From positions 10,230,001 to 10,294,000 of the forward strand of contig NC_043014.1 of assembly GCF_006345805.1 (NCBI RefSeq): 64,000 nucleotides of DNA. Direction: 5' to 3'. Of this stretch, positions 52,778-64,000 are shown piece by piece (position 1 is the first letter of the stretch; every line of letters starts with the position of its first letter). Below the pieces are notes generated by a model that was not told the DNA's origin, searched no databases, and worked only from the letters and a program-made list of their open reading frames with translations. Made by a program: the position numbers and the translations under genes. This DNA is from Octopus sinensis (taxonomy: Eukaryota).

Positions 52778-55700
52778 TGATTCTGAATACATCATAATAA
52801 ACTAACCTTACGTAGCGAAGACGAACAGACAACTGCTCACTCCGGCCAAGCACATGGAATGTTTATAAATCATATATCCGGTAAATGGCGGGCTTTTTAC
52901 GAACTGCATGTCGGGTAATGAAAAGTATTTCGGAATAAGTTAACAATTAAGGATAATCTCTTAATAAGGGATCTTAACAAGAAATTATCAGGTAGCTAGC
53001 GTGAAAACCTCATAAAAGAAAAGAATCCGAAAATAATTTTTTCTTCTGAACAAATTAATTATATCTATATTGTATAGAGGGCATTATTACACATAAATGC
53101 CTCACACTAGGAGGGACAGAGTCATTACTACCAAAATTATACTAATCATACCCAAATGCAGTTTTTCAAAGCAAGACATTTAAAAATGAATTATGTTCTG
53201 TATCACCGTGATTTCACATACAACTTGCGTCTAATGATCGTCAGCAGAACTGATTCTGAATACATCATAAATAAACTAACCTTACGTAGCGAAGACGAAC
53301 AGACAACTGCTCACTCCGGCCAAGCACATGGAATGTTTATAAATCATATATCCGGTAAATGGCGGGCTTTTTACGAACTGCATGTCGGGTAATGAAAAGT
53401 ATTTCGGAATAAGTTTAACAATTAGGATAATCTCTTAATAAGGGATCTTAACAAGAAATTATCAGGTAGCTAGCGTGAAAACCTCATAAAAGAAAAGAAT
53501 CCGAAAATAATTTTTTTCTTCTGAACAAATTAATTATATCTATATTGTATAGAGGGCATTATTACACATAAATGCCTCACACTAGGAGGGACAGAGTCAT
53601 TACTACCAAAATTATACTAATCATACCCAAATGCAGTTTTTCAAAGCAAGACATTTAAAAATGAATTATGTTCTGTATCACCGTGATTTCACATACAACT
53701 TGCGTCTAATGATCGTCAGCAGAACTGATTCTGAATACATCATAAATAAACTAACCTTACGTAGCGAAGACGAACAGACAACTGCTCACTCCGGCCAAGC
53801 ACATGGAATGTTTATAAATCATATATCCGTAAATGGCGGGCTTTTTACGAACTGCATGTCGGGTAATGAAAAGTATTTCGGAATAAGTTTAACAATTAAG
53901 GATAATCTCTTAATAAGGGATCTTAACAAGAAATTATCAGGTAGCTAGCGTGAAAACCTCATAAAAGAAAAGAATCCGAAAATAATTTTTTCTTCTGAAC
54001 AAATTAATTATATCTATATTGTATAGAGGGCATTATTACACATAAATGCCTCACACTAGGAGGACAGAGTCATTACTACCAAAATTATACTAATCATACC
54101 CAAATGCAGTTTTTCAAAGCAAGACATTTAAAAATGAATTATGTTCTGTATCACCGTGATTTCACATACAACTTGCGTCTAATGATCGTCAGCAGAACTG
54201 ATTCTGAATACATCATAAATAAACTAACCTTACGTAGCGAAGACGAACAGACAACTGCTCACTCCGGCCAAGCACATGGAATGTTTATAATCATATATCC
54301 GGTAAATGGCGGGCTTTTTACGAACTGCATGTCGGGTAATGAAAAGTATTTCGGAATAAGTTTAACAATTAAGGATAATCTCTTAATAGGGATCTTAACA
54401 AGAAATTATCAGGTAGCTAGCGTGAAAACCTCATAAAAGAAAAGAATCCGAAAATAATTTTTTCTTCTGAACAAATTAATTATATCTATATTGTATAGAG
54501 GGCATTATTACACATAAATGCCTCACACTAGGAGGGACAGAGTCATTACTACCAAAATTATACTAATCATACCCAAATGCAGTTTTTCAAGCAAGACATT
54601 TAAAAATGATTATGTTCTGTATCACCGTGATTTCACATACAACTTGCGTCTAATGATCGTCAGCAGAACTGATTCTGAATACATCATAAATAAACTAACC
54701 TTACGTAGCGAAGACGAACAGACAACTGCTCACTCCGGCCAAGCACATGGAATGTTTATAAATCATATATCCGGTAAATGGCGGCTTTTTACGAACTGCA
54801 TGTCGGGTAATGAAAAGTATTTCGGAATAAGTTTAACATTAAGGATATCTCTTAATAAGGGATCTTAACAAGAAATTATCAGGTAGCTAGCGTGAAAACC
54901 TCATAAAAGAAAAGAATCCGAAAATAATTTTTTTCTTCTGAACAATTAATTATATCTATATTGTATAGAGGGCATTATTACACATAAATGCCTCACACTA
55001 GGAGGGACAGAGTCATTACTACCAAAATATACTAATCATACCCAAATGCAGTTTTTCAAAGCAAGACATTTAAAAATGAATTATGTTCTGTATCACCGTG
55101 ATTTCACATACAACTTGCGTCTAATGATCGTCAGCAGAACTGATTCTGAATACATCATAAATAAACTAACCTTACGTAGCGAAGACGAACAGACAACTGC
55201 TCACTCCGGCCAAGCACATGGATGTTTATAAATCATATATCCGTAAATGGCGGGCTTTTTACGAACTGCATGTCGGGTAATGAAAAGTATTTCGGAATAA
55301 GTTTAACAATTAAGGATAATCTCTTAATAAGGGATCTTAACAAGAAATTATCAGGTAGCTAGCGTGAAAACCTCATAAAAGAAAAGAATCCGAAAATAAT
55401 TTTTTTCTTCTGAACAAATTAATTATATCTATATTGTATAGAGGGCATTATTACACATAAATGCCTCACACTAGGAGGGACAGAGTCATTACTACCAAAA
55501 TTATACTAATCATACCCAAATGCAGTTTTTCAAAGCAAGACATTTAAAAATGAATTATGTTCTGTATCACCGTGATTTCACATACAACTTGCGTCTAATG
55601 ATCGTCAGCAGAACTGATTCTGAATACATCATAATAAACTAACCTTACGTAGCGAAGACGAACAGACAACTGCTCACTCCGGCCAAGCACATGGAATGTT

Positions 55701-56736
55701 TATAAATCATATATCCGGTAAATGGCGGGCTTTTTACGAACTGCATGTCGGGTAATGAAAAGTATTTCGGAATAAGTTTAACAATTAAGGATAATCTCTT
55801 AATAAGGGATCTTAACAAGAAATTATCAGGTAGCTAGCGTGAAAACCTCATAAAAGAAAAGAATCCGAAAATAATTTTTTTCTTCTGAACAAATTAATTA
55901 TATCTATATTGTATAGAGGGCATTATTACACATAAATGCCTCACACTAGGAGGGACAGAGTCATTACTACCAAAATTATACTAATCATACCCAAATGCAG
56001 TTTTTCAAAGCAAGACATTTAAAAATGAATTATGTTCTGTATCACCGTGATTTCACATACAACTTGCGTCTAATGATCGTCAGCAGAACTGATTCTGAAT
56101 ACATCATAAATAAACTAACCTTACGTAGCGAAGACGACAGACAACTGCTCACTCCGGCCAAGCACATGGAATGTTTATAAATCATATATCCGGTAAATGG
56201 CGGGCTTTTTACGAACTGCATGTCGGGTAATGAAAAGTATTTCGGAATAAGTTTAACAATTAAGGATAATCTCTAATAAGGGATCTTAACAAGAAATTAT
56301 CAGGTAGCTAGCGTGAAAACCTCATAAAAGAAAAGAATCCGAAAATAATTTTTTTCTTCTGAACAAATTAATTATATCTATATTGTATAGAGGGCATTAT
56401 TACACATAAATGCCTCACACTAGGAGGGACAGAGTCATTACTACCAAAATATACTAATCATACCAAATGCAGTTTTTCAAAGCAAGACATTTAAAAATGA
56501 ATTATGTTCTGTATCACCGTGATTTCACATACAACTTGCGTCTAATGATCGTCAGCAGAACTGATTCTGAATACATCATAAATAAACTAACCTTACGTAG
56601 CGAAGACGAACAGACAACTGCCCGCCATTTACCGGATATATGATTTATAAACATTCCATGTGCTTGGCCGGAGTGAGCAGTTGTCTGTTCGTCTTCGCTA
56701 CGTAAGGTTAGTTTATTTATGATGTATTCAGAATCA

Positions 56737-56792
56737 GTTCTGCTGACGATCATTAGACGCAAGTTGTATGTGAAATCACGGTGATACAGAAC
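56737..56792 (+). ncRNA. Type I hammerhead ribozyme in the inverted copy
   Basis: GTTCTG | CTGACGA | TCATTAGAC-GCAA-GTTGTATGT | GAAA-TCAC-G-GTGA-TA | CAGAAC: 6-bp stem I, canonical core, stem III, AUA cleavage triplet (predicted cut after 56786). Confidence 0.82.
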
Positions 56793-57108
56793 ATAATTCA
56801 TTTTTAAATGTCTTGCTTTGAAAAACTGCATTTGGGTATGATTAGTATAATTTTGGTAGTAATGACTCTGTCCCTCCTAGTGTGAGGCATTTATGTGTAA
56901 TAATGCCCTCTATACAATATAGATATAATTAATTCGTTCAGAAGAAAAAAATTATTTTCGGATTCTTTTCTTTTATGAGGTTTTCACGCTAGCTACCTGA
57001 TAATTTCTTGTTAAGATCCCTTATTAAGAGATTATCCTTAATTGTTAAACTTATTTATATATATATATATATTATAATATATATATATATATACATACAT
57101 ATATATTT

Positions 57109-57153
<45 letters not shown>

Positions 57154-57244
57154 CTATATATATATATATATAATTATATATATATATACATACATATATA
57201 TTTTTATATATATATATTTATATATATATATATACATATATATT

Positions 57245-57905
57245 CTCTTACTTGTTTCAGTCCCTTCATTGCAGCCATGCTGTAGCACCGCCTTGAGTCA
57301 AATTAATTCACCATAGGACTTATTCTATGTAAGCTACGGTGACGTAAACACACCATCATCGGATGCAAAGCAATGGCGGACAGACAGACACAGACACAGA
57401 AATACATACATATATATATATACGACGGCTTCTTTCAGTTTCCTTCTACCAATCCATAGTCTCGACCTGAGACTATAGTAGAAGACACTTACCTAAGGTG
57501 ACATGAAGTGGAACTGAACCCGGAACTATGGGTTGGGAAACAAACTTCTTATCACACAACCACTACTGCGCCTTATTTCAGTCATTAAACTGTGGCCATA
57601 CTGGTGCACCACCTTGAGGAATTTTAGTCAAGCTAATTGACAACAGTACATATTTCTCTTTCAAGCCTGGAATATATTCTATCGTTTTTTTCTTTGTTTT
57701 TTTTTTGCCGAATCGCTAAGAGACGGAGATGTAAATATACCAAATGGTCAGTCGGTGGTGGGGAAGAAACACAAACACAAAGACACACAAATAAGGCCCA
57801 GATGTTTTGTGTGTGTTTGCGTGGTTGTGTGTGTTTCTGTCTAACAAATTCACTCACAAGGCGTTGGTCGTTCCGGCGCTATAGTAGAAGGCGCTTCTTC
57901 CAGGT
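57245..57905 (-). mobile_element. Two adjacent degraded family B SINEs
   Basis: B tail motifs TTTCAGTC...GCCAT(G/A)CTG at ~57255 and ~57577, and 5' body motifs at 57420-57570 and 57845-57905. Confidence 0.75.
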
Positions 57906-58130
57906 TTCACGCCGTACGACGCCCACCAGAACCCTGTTGTTGAGAACGATTTTACCATTTGATCCTTTCGGAGTCGATGAAACAAGTACCACTGGAGCGA
58001 CTTAACCAAGGCACCAAAATTGCCGGCCTTGTGCCAAATTTTGAGCACAATATATATATATGTGTGGGTGTGGATGTGTGTGTATATATATATATATGTG
58101 GGTGTGGATGTGTGTGTATATATATATATA

Positions 58131-58322
58131 TACATAAATATAAGAGGGAATTTTTTTAACCACTATGTGGAAACCCTTATGCTAGAAGAAGATCCGCTAT
58201 GGTCTTAACCACGAAGAATTGTTCTCCAGAAAATTTAGCACACCAGAAACCACAGCGGATCTCCTTCTAGCATAAGCGCTTCCACATAGTGGTTAAAAAA
58301 AATTCCCACTTATATTTATGTA
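58131..58322. repeat. 192-bp hairpin (~73-bp arms, 45-nt loop)
   Basis: 58131-58203 pairs with 58249-58322 with few mismatches. Confidence 0.9.
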
Positions 58323-58442
58323 TGAAATACTATTTACTGAATATCAGTTTTTTTTTACATGCTAGACTACTGGTTTTAAAATTGATGTTATCAAATTAAT
58401 ATCCAATTTTTTCACCCCCATTTTTATATATATATATTATAT

Positions 58443-58476
<34 letters not shown>

Positions 58477-59339
58477 ATTTTAATCCAAACGGGAAACAAA
58501 AAAACAATAACAATGGAACAATTACAGTATTATTATTAATAGGCGCTCAGGAAATGGAAGCAGGGAGGTATGACGTTTCGAGCGGAGCTCTCGTCGGAAA
58601 CATAAAGAAGGAAGAGAGAGGAAAGAAAGATCCAGAGCGGGCAACAGGGAAAGAGAAAAAAGACGACTGGTGTTTACGAGTTGCACATGGTGAAAGGCGG
58701 ATGTTTACGATAACAAGAGCAAAGTGGGTTTTTAAAGGCAAAAGAGTGGAGACAAGGTTGGTAACGCAACAGATGTGTGTGTATGTGTGAGTGTGTGCGT
58801 GTGCGTGTGTGTATGTGTGTGTGAGGCGAGATGAAAAAACAAAAAAATATGTGTGTGTTAGTGTGTGCGTCTGTGTGTAGGCGTGTGAGGTAGGGCGAGA
58901 CAGTGGTCAGCTTAGCAGACAAGGTCAGTAGTAAGAAAAAGAAGGAAGGAGGAAGGGAGGGAGGGGAAGGGGTGGGGGCGTATGTAGCGTGCCAGCGTGT
59001 GTTGAGTAGTAGTGTGTGTGTGTGTCCAGTGTCGTGGTGGTATTAATGGCGAGTAGATTGAATGTGTGTAAGAGTAATGTATATATTTAAGCAATGTGTG
59101 TATATGTGTGCGCGTGTGTGTAACGAAAAAAGGGGGGGGTTAAGGAAAAAGGACTCCAGCTGGGAAGATGGAAGAGTGGTCCCGCGGAGACGGGCGTGGG
59201 AAAACCCAACGACACGCGACGGTCCCAGGAACGGGCGGGAGGTCTCGTCGGGTCCAAGAGCGAGGTGCATGCGGCGCGTATGCGTGCGCGAACCGGCGCA
59301 AGCGCGTGTGTGTGCGCGCGCCTGCGAGTATGCGCGTAA

Positions 59340-61440
59340 GTATGTATGTGTGTGGATGTGTGAGTGTGTCTGTGTGTATGTCTGGGTGGCAGTGTGTCCG
59401 ATGAATGTATGTGAGTATGTGTGTATGTATGTGTGTGCATAGATGTATGTCCGTGTGTGGTGTTGTGTGTATGTGTGTGGAGTGTGTATGTAGTACGTGT
59501 GGGGTGGGGAAGTGTGTGTATGTGCATGTGTGTGCGCGTACATACAGGTGTGTGAGTGAGTGTGTGTGTGTATGTATGTGTGAGTGTGTATGTATGTGTG
59601 TGTAGGATGCATGTATGTGTATGGGTGTATGTATGCGTGTGTGTATGTATATGTGTACGTGCGTGTGTGTGTGTGTGTATGCGTGTAGGTGTGCGCGTGT
59701 GCATGCATGCATGCATGTGCGTATGTGGTGTTGTGTGCATGTGTGTGGGTATATATGTATGTGCGTATATGTGTGTGTATGTGCGTACATGTGTGTGTGT
59801 GTATGCATGTGTGTGTATGTAGGTGTGTTGGCGTGTGTGTATAGGTGTATGTATGTAAGTATGTATGGGTGTGTGATGTGGTGTATGTATGTGTGTGTAT
59901 GTAGGTGTGTGTGGTGCGTGTGTATATGTGTGTGTATGTAGGTGTGTGGGCGTGTGTATATAGGTGTATGTGTGTATGTCTGGGTGTGTCCGTGCATGTT
60001 TGTGTGTGTGTGTGTATGCATGTGTATGTAGGTGTGGTGTACGTGTGTAATGTATGTGTGTATGCGTGTGTATGCGTGGTGTGTGTGTATGTAGGTGCGT
60101 GTGTATGTGTGTGGGAGTGTAGTGTGTGTGTGTGTGTGCGTGTTTATGTTGGTGTGTGCGTATGTGAGTGTGAGTGTATGGGTGTTTGTCATGCATGTGT
60201 GTGCGCGTGCAGGTGAGTGTGTGTGTAAGTATGTGTGTGTATGTTGTGTGAGTGTGTATGTGTGTATGTCTGTGTGTATGTATGTGCGTATAGGAGTATG
60301 TGGGTATGTGTGTGTGTATGTATATGGGTGTATGTATGTATGTGGTGTGTGTGCATGTGTATAAGTATATGTGTGTGTGCGTATGTGTGTATATGTGTAT
60401 GTGTGTGTGTTTATGTATGTGTGTATGTATGTGTGTAGGCGTGTGTGTGTAGATGTATGTATGTATGGGTGTGTCTCTGTGTGTGTTGTGTGTGTGTGTA
60501 GGTAGATGTGTGTGTCTGAGTGGGGGTATGGCTGTGTAGGAGTGTGTGTGTGTATGAATGTAAGTGTGTGTGTATACAAGTGTAATGTATGTTTGTAGGT
60601 GTGTGTGTGTGTATGTGTAGTGTGCGTGTGTATGTGTATGTGTGTGGGTGTATGCGTGTGAGTGTGAGTGTATGGGTGTATCTGTGTGTGTGTATGTCTG
60701 AAGTAGGTATGTATGTGTATGTATGTATGGTGTGTGTGTGCAGGTATGTGTGTGTGTGTTGTGTGTGTGAGTAGGTGTGCGTGTATGTATGTAGGTAGGG
60801 ATGCATGCGAGTGTGTGGGTATGTATGCATACATACGCACGCGCACATCCGAAGCAAGCCCACACACACGAAGCGCGCTCACGCACACAACGCACAAGCA
60901 GTACAACGCAAGCCCAAGGGGCCGACCAAGCCCCCAGCGCGCGCCAAGGCGCGCGAGCGCAAAGGCCCTCGAACGCCCCGCTACGCGGGAACCGAGGATC
61001 CGTCAGCAAAACCGGAAAGCAGAAAGAGGGGGGCCTGGATGCAAAAAGGTGTATGTGTGTGTGCATTCAGTGTAAGGGTGTGCATGTGTGGGTATGTATG
61101 TATGTATGTGCCTACATGTATGTGTGCATGTGTGTGTGTGTGAAGTATGTACGTGCGGTGTGTGTGTGTGAGTGTGTGTGTATGTATGTGCGTATGTATG
61201 TGTGGTGTATGTGTGTATGTATGTCTGTGTGTGTGTGTGTGTGTAAGTATGTATGTGTGTGCGTATGTATGTATGTGTGTGTGTATGTGCATGTTGGTTT
61301 GTATGTTAGGTGTGCCAGTATGTCTGTAAGTGTGTGTGATTAAATGTGTGAATGTATGTACGTAGATGGGTCTACGTATGTGTGTGTGTGAACAGGCGTG
61401 TGGGAGGTAGGGGGGTGGGCGGTGTGTGGTGGTGTGTCCA
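59340..61440. repeat. ~2-kb cryptic TG/TATG-rich tract with an embedded GC-rich island (60830-61050)
   Basis: Direct reading. Confidence 0.9.
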
Positions 61441-61469
61441 CAAAAAAAAAAAAAAAAAAAGGATCTCAA

Positions 61470-63629
61470 GAGGAGGGGGCTGTGTTAAGTCCGTGTGGGG
61501 TGGTAGTTTGTAGGGTGAAGATGTAGCGTTGCTCCAAGTGGAGCCTGGAAAGTGGGCGACCATTGTGGGGGGCGAGCAAACCCTGAGATGTCATCTAGGG
61601 AATGGCGGCCGAGCGGAAGTGGCGTGCGACGGGAGAAAGAGAGTGTAGGCGAACGTCCCTCAGTGTTCAGTGAAACGGTCGGACAACCGGCGTCCCGTCT
61701 GTCCTACATACAGCATCCCGCATAGGTTGCATTTAATGCAGTAAATAAGGCCAGACGAGGTGCACGTAAAAGAGTGCCTAATGCGTACAGTGTGCAGGTT
61801 GGAGCCGGTGACAGCGGTGGTGTTGGTGATGAAGGGGCAAGTGTTGCAGCGGGATCTAGAGCAAGGGAATGATCCGTGTGGGGCTGAGGGGGAAGGAGAG
61901 AGGGTGCTGTGGACCAGGAGGTCACGCAGATTGCGGGCTCGTTTGAAAGAGGACAGGGGTAGGTTAGGGAAAATGGGGCGGGTGGTGGGATCAAGCTGGA
62001 GGCGACGGAGGCACGTAGTATCTTGCGACGAAGGGGTAGGGTAGAGGGGTGGAAAAAGGGGAGGAAGGGGGTTGCGGTGGGGGGTGGGCGGGGAGAAGGA
62101 ACAGGGCGGTATTAGCGGTAGTGCGGTCGATGCGACGGGCGGGGTGAGGGCATCAGAGAGGAGTATGGGTGGGTAACCTCGGAGTCTGAACATGCGGGCC
62201 AGGTATTGAGATTGGGTCTCGAAATCCTGGTCGCGGCTGCACAAACGTCGGAGGCGGAGGAACTGGAGTAGGGGATGGCTCGTTGGTGTGGAAGGGGTGG
62301 GAGGAAGAGAAGTTGAGATAGAGGTGGGAACCCGTAGGTTTAAAGAAGGCGGTGGTGGTGGTGAGAGAGCTGGAAGGGTGATCGATGCGGAGAGAGATGT
62401 CAAGGAAGTTGACAGAGGGTGTGGAGATGGTGGAGGTGAATTGAAGAGAGGGGTTGAAAGTTGGAAAGGAAAGAGATGAATTGCGCAGAGACGTTCACGG
62501 GAAAGGGAGGTGGCACCTACGCAGTCGTCGATATAGCGACCGTATAGTTCGGGGGTCGGCCCAGAGAACTGGGAGAACACTTGGGCCTCAATGTGGCCAA
62601 GAAAGAGATTGGCGAAATTGGGGCCCATCCTAGTTCCCATCGCGACCCCGGACACCTGTTGGTACGTTTCCCCGGCGAACGTGAAGCAATTGAGGGTGAG
62701 GACGAGCTCAGCCAAACGGAGAAGGGGGGGGGTGCTGGGGGTGGGGTCGGGACGACGGTCGAGGAAGTGTTGGAGGGCTAGGAGACCGTCATTGTGGGGA
62801 ATCACTGTGTACAGGGATTTTACATCTAAAGTGAAGAGGAGGTGTGAGGGGCTGGAAGGGAAGGAAAAGGAATTGAAGAGACGGAGGGCGTGGTTGGTGT
62901 CGTGTATGTGGGATGGGAGGGCTGCGACTAAGGGGGACAGGATGCGGTCGAGGTATAGGGAGATGAGTTCAGTGGGGCAATTACAGGCAGAGACTATGGG
63001 ACGGCCAGGATTAGAGGGTTTATGGATCTTGGGAAGGAAGTAGATGGTGGAGGTGCGGGGTGTGCGATGAGCGGACGATGAGGTTGGTGGCGGTGAGGGG
63101 GAGAGCGGAGGAGGAGATGAGGTCGTGGATGGTGGAGGACACTCGCTGTTGGTAGGAGGAGGTGGGATCGGAGGGGAGGGGATAGCGATAGAAGAGTGGA
63201 TTTTGAAGCTGGTTGAGCGCTTCCTCCCTGTATAGGTCCGCGCGCCACACTACCACTGCCCGCCTTTGTCCGCCGGTTTGATGACAATGTCATCACGACG
63301 GCGGGGAGGTGGCGAAGGGCAATGGATTCGGCCCGAGTGAGGTTGGCTCGCGGGGTCTTGGTTCAAAGTTGAAATGAACGGTGGACCAAAGCGTTGCAGT
63401 CATGTACAAACGAATCTAGGCTACTGAAAAGGCCTGGGGGCGGCGTCCAGATGGATGGACGACGCCCCAGCTCCAAAAGGCAATCCTGATTGTTGTGACG
63501 GTGCGGGGACGCGTGGTAGTATGCGCGAAGTTTGAGGCGGCGCAGGAACAGGTTGACGTCCGCCCGAGTCTCGAACTCATCACAGTGGCGCGTGAGTGGC
63601 GTGAAGCGGAGACCCTTACTGAGGAGGGA
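61470..63629 (-). pseudogene. PLE reverse transcriptase / GIY-YIG endonuclease ORF with multiple frameshifts
   Basis: LLSKGLRFTP; VIKPADKG; FTLDVKSLYTVIPH; GVAMGTRMGPNFANLF; RYIDD; Cys linker CSRSRCNTC; GLIYCIKC...YVGQTGR; PVARHF; EQRYIFTLQTTTPHGLN. Confidence 0.92.
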
Positions 63630-63924
63630 ATATATATATATATACACATACATATATATATATATACGTTTAAATATTTGTTGTGCAAGATTTTTTATGT
63701 AAACACATGAACAAAATAAGAATAAACAAAAACAAAATACAAATTACATGAACACATATAAACAGAAGATACAAATATTACAGGCATCCCCCACATACAC
63801 ACACTAAATAAACATAAACGCACATAGAGATATAAGCATGCGCAAATGAAGACATACAATAGAAATACAAAATGGCTGACGGTTAGTAAGGAGAGATACA
63901 AATAAGAAAGATGAAAACAAAGGA

Positions 63925-63964
63925 CCACTGATGCGGTCACAGGAGTGTGACGAAAGAACTCTGG
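63925..63964 (+). ncRNA. Degenerate minimal hammerhead-like motif
   Basis: CCA | CTGATGC-G | GTCAC-AGGAGT-GTGAC | GAAAG-AA-CTC | TGG. A9 is replaced by C and stem I is only 3 bp. Confidence 0.35.
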
Positions 63965-64000
63965 CCGAAATAAGATTAAGATTAATGTAAAAAATAAATA

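Larger units (their letters stand above)
52587..57055 (-). mobile_element. Tandem array of ~476-bp hammerhead-bearing units (retrozyme-like) with a terminal inversion
   Basis: Units start at 52587, 53061, 53536, 54010, 54482, 54952, 55425, 55900 and 56374 (partial). 56621-57055 is an inverted 435-bp copy. (TA)n lies on both sides. Confidence 0.9.
58480..63629 (-). mobile_element. 5'-truncated Penelope-like retroelement (Neptune-type) in (TA)n
   Basis: RT plus GIY-YIG ORF remnant at 61470-63629. The 3' terminus (58480-58690) matches the solo terminus at 13442-13655. (TA)n at 58425-58477 and 63630-63666. Continuity across the low-complexity middle is inferred. Confidence 0.75.

Noticed and set aside
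56621-57055. Inversion as a pure fold-back read artefact
   Set aside because: The inverted arm is only 435 bp, has a defined microhomology junction, and is followed by different sequence rather than a continued mirror image. Read-level confirmation is still needed.

Overview
AT-rich, microsatellite-dense animal DNA with no recognisable intact host gene. The SINE families and repeat density suggest an octopus or other coleoid cephalopod (inference). Most ORFs in the supplied track are microsatellite read-throughs. The window holds at least five tRNA-derived SINE families (labelled A-E here), many with target-site duplications. It also holds three copies of one mariner deletion derivative, maT (DD37D) and Tc1 relics, hAT-like and other MITEs, two non-autonomous Helitrons, and R4- and RTE-like LINE fragments. 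A ~5.1-kb frameshifted Neptune-type Penelope-like element (PLE) lies at 58480-63629 (-). The most notable structure is at 52587-57055: a near-identical tandem array of a ~476-bp unit inserted in (TA)n. Each unit carries a complete type I hammerhead ribozyme fold (9 on the minus strand, plus 1 in a terminal inverted copy). This resembles a non-LTR retrozyme array with PLE-like insertion hallmarks. Further minimal hammerhead-like cores occur in PLE-terminus-like fragments elsewhere. All structures were read by eye; nothing was computed or searched.
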